From positions 34,837 to 98,836 of the forward strand of contig JAGBEH010000005.1 of assembly GCA_017937125.1 (NCBI GenBank): a stretch of 64,000 bases of DNA. Direction: 5' to 3'. The DNA comes from Alistipes sp. (GTDB taxonomy: Bacteria; Bacteroidota; Bacteroidia; Bacteroidales; Rikenellaceae). Of this stretch, positions 9,293 to 17,100 are shown in pieces; position 1 is the stretch's first letter; each line of letters begins with the position of its first letter. Below the pieces are notes generated by a model. That model was not told the origin of the DNA and searched no databases. It was given only the letters and a program-made list of their open reading frames with translations. The position numbers and the translations under genes were made by a program.

Positions 9293-10276
9293 TCAAAGCC
9301 ATTTTTTGAATTTGAAATACCATATCGTAAGTCCCGAGCAGAGCAGCATAAGGCTTATGGCGAAGATGTAGCCTGCGGGTATCGTCCACCCGTTCGCCAG
9401 CGTGATGACCCATTTAAGTTCGGGCATAACGCTGAAGTTCATACCGTAGATGCTGGCGATGAGCGTCGCAGGCAGGAAGACGACGGCCGCCACCGAGAAG
9501 ATCTTGACTATCTCGTTCTGCTCGATGTTGATGAGGCCGAGCGCCGCATCCTGAATGTAGTCCAGACGCTGGAAACTGAAGTCGGCGTGGTTGATAAGCG
9601 AGTTTACGTCCTTTATCATCAGTTGCAGACGCGGGTATATGTCGTTCGGGAAGCGTTCGCTGCGCAGTATGCCCGAGAGTACGCGCTGGCGGTCGAAGAT
9701 GTTCTCGCGCAGCAACATCGTGCTCTCCTGCAAGGCGTTGATGCGGTGGATGACCTCCTTGTCTATCGAGTCTTCGGAGTTTATGTCCTTGCTCAGCGCC
9801 GAGACCTGCTTGGCGACCATCTCTACGAGGTCGGCATCGAAGTCGATGCGCACCTCGAGCAGCGATATGAATATGTGGTAGCCCGTCGAGTAGCTGCGGT
9901 AGTTCATCTGTAAACGCTTTTCGGCTTCGCGGAACGTGCGGAACTCGGCATTGCGCACCGACACCAGAACACCCTCGTTCGATATGATGAACGACACGGG
10001 TTCTACGATGAAGCTGTCGCCCGTAGGGACGAAAAAGTTCGAGTTGGATATGATGGTATTCTCCGTCTCGGAGTATTTGGATGTAGACTCGATCTCCTCG
10101 ACCTGCTGCTTGGTCTGGAGACTTATCTCCATAAAGTTCTCCACCGCCTTCTGCTCCTTGATCGACGGCGAAATCATATCTATCCACAGAATATCGTCGT
10201 AACCCAGTTCGTCGAACAGATCGACGTCGGCGTTGCGGATAATCTTGTTGTATTGTTTAAGGTAAATCGTAATCAT
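9293..10276 (-). CDS. corA: CorA Mg2+/Co2+ transporter
   Basis: C-terminal TM helices with the YGMNF signature (IASIYGMNFSVMPEL); start moved to MITIYLKQY. Confidence 0.95.
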   Translation of the reverse strand: MITIYLKQYNKIIRNADVDLFDELGYDDILWIDMISPSIKEQKAVENFMEISLQTKQQVEEIESTSKYSETENTIISNSNFFVPTGDSFIVEPVSFIISNEGVLVSVRNAEFRTFREAEKRLQMNYRSYSTGYHIFISLLEVRIDFDADLVEMVAKQVSALSKDINSEDSIDKEVIHRINALQESTMLLRENIFDRQRVLSGILRSERFPNDIYPRLQLMIKDVNSLINHADFSFQRLDYIQDAALGLINIEQNEIVKIFSVAAVVFLPATLIASIYGMNFSVMPELKWVITLANGWTIPAGYIFAISLMLLCSGLTIWYFKFKKWL

Positions 10277-10398
10277 TTTGCACCCTCCTCGTTTTAACGG
10301 TTTTACGTTACAGGTAAACAGTCCGCCGCCCGTTCGGCGACTGCGGGGGTAACTCTCCCTCACCGGTCGGACGGGAAAGTTACAGGGGCGCTCTTCAT
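10277..10398 (-). promoter_or_regulatory. Structured corA leader: uORF MKSAPVTFPSDR* (10398-10360), two hairpins and an SD-like GAGGAGG
   Basis: Hairpin GTAACTTTCCC/GGGAGAGTTAC (10383-10349), hairpin CAGTCGCCG/CGGCGGACTG followed by TTTA (10343-10319), and GAGGAGG 7 nt before the corA ATG. Confidence 0.45.
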
Positions 10399-11165
10399 CC
10401 CGGATTGACGCGCGGCACAATCTTGATACCGGCGTCCCAGAATTTTTTCAATGCTTTGTGCTTCTGTTCGTCGAACAGATAGTCTATGTCGCGTGTCAGA
10501 TATTCGTATGTGTCGCAGACGTTTTCGGCACCCGACTCGGCTATGGCCTCGTAGGTGTGCTCGATGCCGAACGTGAGGGCGTGTTGCAGCGTGTCGGTCA
10601 CGGCATACGGCGTACCTTTGCGCGCCACCCATACGGCGAAGCAGAAAGGCTGTCCCGCGGTTTCATCCCATGCCGCGGCGAGGTCGTACGAGTAGCGGAA
10701 TGCGCTTCGGTTTGCGTCCGCATTCTCTCCCGTGAGCAGGAAGGCGTCGCCTGCGGATGCCGAGGCGGCAAGACCGTCGGCCGTGTCGAGCGCGAACCAT
10801 TCGGGCGATATTTTCCATAAGTCGCGGCAGAGACGGCCTGCCAGTTGTACCGACGCGACGGCCGCGGGGTCGATCATTATGCGGGCGATGTCGTTCAGCG
10901 GGCTGTCGCTCGCAAGAAGCGCGGAGCGGAACGGACCCGAGGATGCTATGCAGTATTCGGATATTATCTGCGCCCCCTTGAGTTCGGGAACCGCGGTTGC
11001 CGGTACTAATGCCATATCCGCCTGTCCCGCGGAGTATAGTTCGATGCAGTCGGCCGGCGAGGACAACAACAATTCGGCCGCGAAGTTATCTTCGTGACGG
11101 ATGCCGTAGATGAACGGTATCGTCTCCGGATACGGTACTGCCGCTATTTTTACCACTGTCGCCAT
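10395..11165 (-). CDS. mqnA: MqnA/MqnD-family protein (chorismate dehydratase-like, futalosine pathway), divergent active site
   Basis: KIAAVPYPETIPFIYG at the N-terminus, YDLAAAWDETAGQPFCFAVWVAR, and IDYLFDEQKHKALKKF; start moved to MATVVK. Confidence 0.75.
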   Translation of the reverse strand: MATVVKIAAVPYPETIPFIYGIRHEDNFAAELLLSSPADCIELYSAGQADMALVPATAVPELKGAQIISEYCIASSGPFRSALLASDSPLNDIARIMIDPAAVASVQLAGRLCRDLWKISPEWFALDTADGLAASASAGDAFLLTGENADANRSAFRYSYDLAAAWDETAGQPFCFAVWVARKGTPYAVTDTLQHALTFGIEHTYEAIAESGAENVCDTYEYLTRDIDYLFDEQKHKALKKFWDAGIKIVPRVNPG

Positions 11166-11188
11166 CGTCCATACGTCGTTCATTTTCA

Positions 11189-11333
11189 TGCACCTTTTCT
11201 CGCCGCGGCAAACCGAAATAAACTTCGCTTTGCTCGTTCGACTTATCGAAAAGGTTCAAATTCTTGCACCTTTTCTCGCCTCAGCATAGCCCCGAGCAGG
11301 CTCGGCTCTGCATTCGGCTTATCGAAAAGGTTC
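11189..11333. repeat. Two tandem 69-bp palindromic units (period 76 bp)
   Basis: TGCACCTTTTCTCGCC-N37-CTTATCGAAAAGGTTC at 11189-11257 and 11265-11333; each N37 forms a hairpin. Confidence 0.9.
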
Positions 11334-11434
11334 GTTTAAGTCCTGCCTGTGTCGGCTCGCGGCGCCGACCGAAAAGAGGCCGTTCGGAAAGCAGGAAAAG
11401 GCCGTTTCCCGAAACGTCCTGAAAAAAAGATATG

Positions 11435-11442
11435 CAAAAATA
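11435..11442 (-). promoter_or_regulatory. Bacteroidota sigma-A -7 element upstream of mqnA-corA
   Basis: TATTTTTG on the minus strand (TAnnTTTG consensus). Confidence 0.45.
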
Positions 11443-11472
11443 GGAATTTTTTTCGTAAAAAGCCCTTTAGTC

Positions 11473-12396
11473 CTAATTTTTATCCGATGCGACGTCTTTT
11501 TTCACCGCCGCGTTTTCGAATCGCCGCCGTTTTTCGACGGGGTACAGTCGGAAAGTGCAGATTACGGGGTAATGGTCGGAGACATACGGGACGCCGTAGT
11601 CGCCGTCGAGCGTTCTGTAACGGACAGGTTCGGCGTTGCGGTAGAAAATATGGTCGAGATAGTGTTGCCGCGTCTTGCCGAAACCGTTGTAGGATGGTTT
11701 GTCGTCGGTCTCGGGAGCCGTTTCACGCGCGGGGCGCATCAGTGCGTGCAGCGGTGCGAGCGACGGATTGTCGATCCTCATATTCAGGTCGCCCGAAACG
11801 AAGACGGGCAATGTCGGGTCGGCTGCCGACATTTCGCGTATTCTGTCGGCAATCATTTCTGCCTCCTTTTGGCGGGCGACGACGCCCTTGTGGTCGAAAT
11901 GGGTGGTCAGGTATACGAACTGCTTTCGGGTCTTGAGATCCATAAGCCTTACCCATACCGCAACCCGTCGGTTGTGGGCGTCCCAGCCTATCGATGCCTT
12001 CTCGGGGGTCTCGCTCATCCAGAACGACCCGTGGTCGAGCATCAGGTATTTGTCGCGTTTCCACATTATCATAACATGGTACCCTCCGTCTTCGCGTCCC
12101 TTGAGTCCGAAATCGTTCCCCAGACGGACATTGGCATAGTCCGCAAGATTCTCTGTCAGATAGTTCACCTGCCGTATGCGCGGCTCCTGAAAGCCTGCGA
12201 CGTCGGGACTTTCGCGGCGGATAACCTCGATGCAGGCCTCTTTACGGTCGTCCCAACCGTTTTCCTTGTCGAATTTGTTCTCATAACGGATATTGAACGA
12301 CATAATGTTCAATTCCGTCATCTTTCCGTGAGGCCGTGCGGCATAGGCCTCCGCTATCATCATTGACGCGATTATGAACAGCAGCGGTTTTTTCAT
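11473..12396 (-). CDS. Secreted endonuclease/exonuclease/phosphatase (EEP) family protein
   Basis: Signal peptide, MSFNIRY, DVAGFQE, GDLN, LDHIF and SDHYPV motifs. Confidence 0.92.
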   Translation of the reverse strand: MKKPLLFIIASMMIAEAYAARPHGKMTELNIMSFNIRYENKFDKENGWDDRKEACIEVIRRESPDVAGFQEPRIRQVNYLTENLADYANVRLGNDFGLKGREDGGYHVMIMWKRDKYLMLDHGSFWMSETPEKASIGWDAHNRRVAVWVRLMDLKTRKQFVYLTTHFDHKGVVARQKEAEMIADRIREMSAADPTLPVFVSGDLNMRIDNPSLAPLHALMRPARETAPETDDKPSYNGFGKTRQHYLDHIFYRNAEPVRYRTLDGDYGVPYVSDHYPVICTFRLYPVEKRRRFENAAVKKDVASDKN

Positions 12397-12400
12397 AGGT

Positions 12401-13030
12401 TCATCGGGTCGTATAGACTACTTTTTTGGTTTCGAAAAACTCTTCGTCGAAAAAGCGCGATATATCGTATACCGTCCAGCGTTTGCGCGTCAGTGCAAGC
12501 TCTTCGGCCAGATCGCCGCCCTTGAGGTACAGTATGCCGTTGGGAAGCGTCCCGTGCTCTCCGCGCTCGATTTTGTCCCATATCCACGAGACGAAGGTGC
12601 GCATATCGGTTACGGCCCGTGAAACGACGTAATCGAATCGTTGCGACAGCTGTTCGGCACGTCCGTTTACGGTCTCGACGTTTTTCAGTCCGAGGCTCTC
12701 GGCTACGCCCCGTACGACTGCGATTTTCTTGGCTATGGAGTCTACGGCCGTAAAATGCACGTCGGGGAACAGTATGGCCAGCGGGATGCTCGGAAATCCG
12801 CCGCCGCATCCTATGTCCGCGACACGGGCGCCGTCGGCGAAACGGCATACGCGGGCTATGGCGAGAGAGTGGAGCACATGATGTATGTAAAGGCTGTCGA
12901 AATCCTTGCGCGAAACGACGTTGATTTTCGAGTTCCACTCCCCGTACAGATCTCCGAGCGCGGCGAACTGCCCTCTCTGGCTGTCCGTCAGGTCGGGGAA
13001 ATATTTCGTTATGATGTCCGCTCCGTCCAT
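12401..13030 (-). CDS. rsmG: 16S rRNA m7G527 methyltransferase RsmG (GidB)
   Basis: WNSKINVVSR, HVLHSL, DIGCGGGFPSIPL, VVSRAV and LYLKGG; start moved to MDGADII. Confidence 0.95.
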   Translation of the reverse strand: MDGADIITKYFPDLTDSQRGQFAALGDLYGEWNSKINVVSRKDFDSLYIHHVLHSLAIARVCRFADGARVADIGCGGGFPSIPLAILFPDVHFTAVDSIAKKIAVVRGVAESLGLKNVETVNGRAEQLSQRFDYVVSRAVTDMRTFVSWIWDKIERGEHGTLPNGILYLKGGDLAEELALTRKRWTVYDISRFFDEEFFETKKVVYTTR

Positions 13031-13116
13031 AGATCGGTGTTTATTTATTTCTTGTCCTTCGTTTTTTATCCCTTGTCGCGGTCGCTTGCTGATTGCCGAG
13101 CCGCCTGCCGCCGCTC

Positions 13117-13683
13117 CTATTCCTTCTCCTCGTCGGTAATCATCCTGCACATCTTTTCGCGCGCCCTGTGTATCTGCGTCTTTACGGTTCCCATCGGCAG
13201 TTGCAGTTTCTCTGCGATCTCTTCGTAGGAATATTCGTCTAAAAAACGCAGCTTGAAGAGCTGGTGGTAGCGGTCGGAGAGAGAGTCGAGATAGCGCTCT
13301 ATCTGCGTTCGCTGCTGCGAGTTTATTATGCTCTCCTCAGGTGTCGGGGTCGTTGCTGCCGGCGAGGAGAGACGGTCGTCGATAGACAGGTCGCTCTGGC
13401 GTTTGCGCGTGAAGTCGATGAACGTATTGCGGGCTATGGTGTACAGCCATTGCCCGAAGGTGTAGGAGGTGTCGTAACGGTGGATGTTGAGATACACCTT
13501 GATGAATGTCTCCTGCAACAGGTCATCGGCATCGTCCGCAGCCCCTCCGAGCCGCTGGACGAACAGACGGCGTATGGAGTCGCGGTAGCGGTTGAACAGA
13601 TGTTCGAACGCCTCGTCGTTGCCGTCGAGCACCAGTTTCACCAGTTCGCGGTCGTCGGCTACGATATAGTCGTATATCTCCAT
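13117..13683 (-). CDS. ECF sigma factor (SigW/SigE-like) with no adjacent canonical anti-sigma
   Basis: DDLLQETFIKVY, FGQWLYTIARN, YSYEEIAEKLQLPMGTVKTQIHRAR; the start overlaps the 3' end of the GT2 gene. Confidence 0.93.
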   Translation of the reverse strand: MEIYDYIVADDRELVKLVLDGNDEAFEHLFNRYRDSIRRLFVQRLGGAADDADDLLQETFIKVYLNIHRYDTSYTFGQWLYTIARNTFIDFTRKRQSDLSIDDRLSSPAATTPTPEESIINSQQRTQIERYLDSLSDRYHQLFKLRFLDEYSYEEIAEKLQLPMGTVKTQIHRAREKMCRMITDEEKE

Positions 13684-14831
13684 ACCGCCGGATCTTTACG
13701 TATCAGCATTATTTCGGTTATAATTCCGAAGAGCGGCGACAGTACGTCGTAAATCGGGTATGCGGCCGTAATGCCGCGTTCGCCGAGACGTTTGCCTATG
13801 CGCGAAACCGTTGCCGCGACTATCCCGTAGCGTATGACCGTCACGGCTGCCGCAGCCAGTTTGTATTCGAGGGGCATAACGGCCATAGCCGCTATTACGG
13901 AGGCGAAAAACAACAGCCTGCTGCCCTGCTCGCGATTGGTGCCGTTCCGTGCGGCGCGTGTGTAGAGCTGACGGGTCGAGCTTAGGAATCTGCGACGGCA
14001 TATCCACCATTTCAACCCTCCCCAGCGCCTTTCGGTGACCGAAGCGCGCGGCGACATCACCACGCTCACGTTGTCGCGTGTCATAATCTGCTGCATGAAC
14101 AGGTCGTCTTCTCCGATGTTCATATTGAGGTTGCCGAATCCGTTCACGCCGAAATAGAGGCTTTTGGTAAAACCTATGTTGTTGCGGTCGCCGCGGTACG
14201 GATGCCCCTTGACGGCAGCAGAGAGCCATTCGGCGGACATCATCATACGGTCGGTTCGTATGTATTTGTCGAGCAGCGATTTCCGCGGCTCGAAACCGCA
14301 ATACCCGAGCACGATTTCTCCGCGCGTGAAACCCTTGGCCATAAGCGCGAGCCAGCGGCTCGTACACGGGGACGCGTCGATCGTAGTCAGTATTATGTGC
14401 TCGTTGCGTGCCGACTTTATGCCGATGTTGATGGCCATTTTCGGCGATATGGGGTAGCGCGGGCGGGCTTCGATCTTCGTGGTGCGCAGGTTCGGGAATA
14501 TGCTCTTCATCCTCGAAAGGTCGTCGTAGAAATCGGTGTCGAGACCCACGTAAACCACCACTATTTCGTATGCGGCATAATCCTGCGCCAGCAGTCGCGG
14601 CAGGCTCGATTCGATGAATTCGCCGCTCTCGCCGAAGAGGGGGACCACTACCGAAATCGCGGGCGTGTCGGTCTCCGTGCGTCGCGGGCGTCTGTCGTTC
14701 CTGTATTTCGGAATGCGGGCGTAAACTACTGCATAATAGTACGTCTGCACGGCGAAAAGTATGACGATGACAGCTGCGAGGGCGGCGCCCTGCCAACCGT
14801 AATGGTCGATGAAAAAGTCGAAATACAGCAT
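13659..14831 (-). CDS. Membrane GT2-family glycosyltransferase-like protein with degenerate motifs
   Basis: N-terminal TM, ISVVVP, KMAINIGIKSA, GEDDLF and C-terminal TMs; start moved to MLYFDFF. Confidence 0.85.
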   Translation of the reverse strand: MLYFDFFIDHYGWQGAALAAVIVILFAVQTYYYAVVYARIPKYRNDRRPRRTETDTPAISVVVPLFGESGEFIESSLPRLLAQDYAAYEIVVVYVGLDTDFYDDLSRMKSIFPNLRTTKIEARPRYPISPKMAINIGIKSARNEHIILTTIDASPCTSRWLALMAKGFTRGEIVLGYCGFEPRKSLLDKYIRTDRMMMSAEWLSAAVKGHPYRGDRNNIGFTKSLYFGVNGFGNLNMNIGEDDLFMQQIMTRDNVSVVMSPRASVTERRWGGLKWWICRRRFLSSTRQLYTRAARNGTNREQGSRLLFFASVIAAMAVMPLEYKLAAAAVTVIRYGIVAATVSRIGKRLGERGITAAYPIYDVLSPLFGIITEIMLIRKDPAVWRYTTIS

Positions 14832-14856
14832 TGCCTGAATTTGAAAATATACGTTG

Positions 14857-14864
14857 CAAAGGTA
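14857..14864 (-). promoter_or_regulatory. -7 promoter element for the GT2-sigma-rsmG-EEP operon
   Basis: TACCTTTG on the minus strand, 25 nt upstream of ATG 14831. Confidence 0.6.
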
Positions 14865-15024
14865 TGCAAAAAAAGTGTAACGCGGAATTATCGGCGGGTA
14901 AACTTTCGGGAAATGCGGAAGCGTCATACGGCTGCCGACGTCGCGAGGGTCGTGTCGGCGGGGTGCGGATGCCGCCGTGTCGAAATTTACGGCGCATGTT
15001 GTCTCGATAACGAAAAAACTTCGT

Positions 15025-15032
15025 TATCTTTG
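15025..15032 (+). promoter_or_regulatory. -7 promoter element for the tgt operon
   Basis: TATCTTTG, 15 nt upstream of the tgt ATG. Confidence 0.65.
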
Positions 15033-15047
15033 TACGATTATACGCGT

Positions 15048-16178
15048 ATGAAATTCGAACTGCAATACAAGGATCCCGTTTCGGCGGCGCGTGCGGGAGA
15101 GATAACGACCGACCACGGTGTTATCCGCACCCCTATCTTTATGCCCGTCGGGACGGCTGCGGCGATGAAGGGCATCTTCCACCGTGACGTGCGCGACGAG
15201 GCCAAAGCGCAGATAATTCTGGCCAACACTTACCACCTCTACCTGCGTCCCGGTACGGAGATACTCGAGCAGGCGGGCGGCGTACACCGCTTTTCGACGT
15301 GGGACGGCCCTATGCTGACCGACAGCGGCGGCTTTCAGGTCTTCTCGCTCGCGGCCTGCCGCAAGCTGAAGGAGGACGGATGCCATTTCCAGTCGCATAT
15401 CGACGGTTCGCGCCACGTATTCACGCCCGAGAGCGTGATAGACACCGAACGCACGATAGGCGCAGACATAATGATGGCTTTCGACGAGTGTCCCCCGGGG
15501 GATGCCCCGCGTGAGTATGCCGCCAAGTCGCTGGCACTTACCGAGCGCTGGCTCGACCGCTGTTTCGACCGCTATCACCGTACGCAGCCCAAATACGGAC
15601 ACTACCAGTCGCTGTTCCCGATAGTGCAGGGATGCGCCTATCCCGACCTTCGGGCGAAGGCGGCCGAGAACGTTCTGCAATATGATGCCGACGGATACGC
15701 CATAGGCGGATTGGCCGTAGGCGAGCCTACGGAGGTAATGTACTCGATGATAGAGGTCGTCAATGCCGTGCTGCCGCAGGACAGACCCCGCTATCTTATG
15801 GGTGTCGGCACCCCCGTCAATATTCTGGAGGGCATAGCCCGCGGCGTGGATATGTTCGACTGCGTGATGCCTACGCGCAACGGCCGCAACGGCCAGCTGT
15901 TCACTATGGAGGGGACGATAAACATCCGCAACAAGAAGTGGGAGAACGACTTTTCGCCCATAGACCCCGACGGTACGGCCTTCGTCGATACGCTCTACTC
16001 GAAAGCCTATCTCCACCATCTGGTCGTCTGCGGCGAGATGCTCGCGGCGCAAATAGCGTCGCTGCACAACATCGCATTCTATCTGCGGCTGGTCGGCGAG
16101 GCGCGCAAACATATCATTGCGGGGGATTTCGCGTCGTGGAAAGCGTCTGTTGTCCCGCGTCTTATGCACAGATTGTAA
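15048..16178 (+). CDS. tgt: Queuine tRNA-ribosyltransferase
   Basis: TPIFMPVGT, LANTYHLYLRPG, LTDSGGFQVFSL, GVDMFDCVMPTRNGRNG and HNIAFY; start is ATG 15048 inside track ORF 14202..16178. Confidence 0.97.
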   Translation: MKFELQYKDPVSAARAGEITTDHGVIRTPIFMPVGTAAAMKGIFHRDVRDEAKAQIILANTYHLYLRPGTEILEQAGGVHRFSTWDGPMLTDSGGFQVFSLAACRKLKEDGCHFQSHIDGSRHVFTPESVIDTERTIGADIMMAFDECPPGDAPREYAAKSLALTERWLDRCFDRYHRTQPKYGHYQSLFPIVQGCAYPDLRAKAAENVLQYDADGYAIGGLAVGEPTEVMYSMIEVVNAVLPQDRPRYLMGVGTPVNILEGIARGVDMFDCVMPTRNGRNGQLFTMEGTINIRNKKWENDFSPIDPDGTAFVDTLYSKAYLHHLVVCGEMLAAQIASLHNIAFYLRLVGEARKHIIAGDFASWKASVVPRLMHRL

Positions 16179-16199
16179 CAACTGTTAAATTCGTATCTT

Positions 16200-17087
16200 A
16201 TGATAATGGCTTATTTCGTTAAACGTATTTCGGAAATGGCGCTGCTGTTCGCCGTCACCGTAATATCGTGTCTGACGACCTCCTGTGTTGAGTGTTCCGT
16301 CGCCGAGACCGAAATCGCAGGCGTTTGGGCGGATGCCGACTGCGAGTTTGTGCGTACGGGGCGTTTCGCTCTCTGTTTCGAAAGGGCGGGTAGCGAGTTG
16401 TCGTCATCGCTATACATGATCGGCAAACGCGATACGGTTCTTGTCGGGCGGGCAGTATTCGTCGGCGACTCGGTCGTCGTACGTGAGGTCGGGCGCGATA
16501 TTCCCGTCGGAAATGGATTCGATCTGGGAACGTTGCAGTCGGATGGGCGTCTGCATATTTCGGCCGGCGGCCGAGATCGGCTGTTGGTCAATGTCGAAAA
16601 GATTGATATGTGCGCTCCCTATGAAATGCGAAAAGCTTCGCCTCTTATGTCCGGAGCCTGTATGCAACAGTGGTGTACGGGTGTGAAATACTCTCTCGAT
16701 ATGCAGTCCGTTGGTTTCGAGTGCGGCACCAATCGCCACAGTTATGCTTTCTACATAACCCCCGATATGATATATTGTCGTGCCGCGAGATTGCGTTTCA
16801 GCGATCGCGGCGGGCTCTTCGCTCAAAATATACGGCTTATGTCCAATGCAGCCGAGCATACGGCTCGTATGGCCGCAGACAACCTGGCTGAAAGTTCGGC
16901 GCCGCTGACCGTAGACGACTCGAAATTCAGCCTTGACGGTTGTGTGTTCGATGCCGACGGCATATACTGGTCCTTAATCGGTTTCGACGGCGATGTCGCC
17001 GTGTTGAACGGATGTGGCGAGATATACCGTTTCGACCGTCCCGACGCCGATGACTTGATAGAATGGATCGTTTTTGAAAGATATTGA
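16200..17087 (+). CDS. Hypothetical Cys-rich lipoprotein
   Basis: Hydrophobic N-terminus with lipobox-like LTTSC; 295 aa filling the tgt-lptF/G gap; no motif I recognise. Confidence 0.75.
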   Translation: MIMAYFVKRISEMALLFAVTVISCLTTSCVECSVAETEIAGVWADADCEFVRTGRFALCFERAGSELSSSLYMIGKRDTVLVGRAVFVGDSVVVREVGRDIPVGNGFDLGTLQSDGRLHISAGGRDRLLVNVEKIDMCAPYEMRKASPLMSGACMQQWCTGVKYSLDMQSVGFECGTNRHSYAFYITPDMIYCRAARLRFSDRGGLFAQNIRLMSNAAEHTARMAADNLAESSAPLTVDDSKFSLDGCVFDADGIYWSLIGFDGDVAVLNGCGEIYRFDRPDADDLIEWIVFERY

Positions 17088-17100
17088 CGATAGGCAGACT

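Noticed and set aside
11189-11333. Mini-CRISPR reading (39-bp repeat with two 37-nt spacers)
   Set aside because: There is only one complete repeat, the spacers are related palindromes, and no cas genes are in the window. It is treated as a tandem structured repeat.
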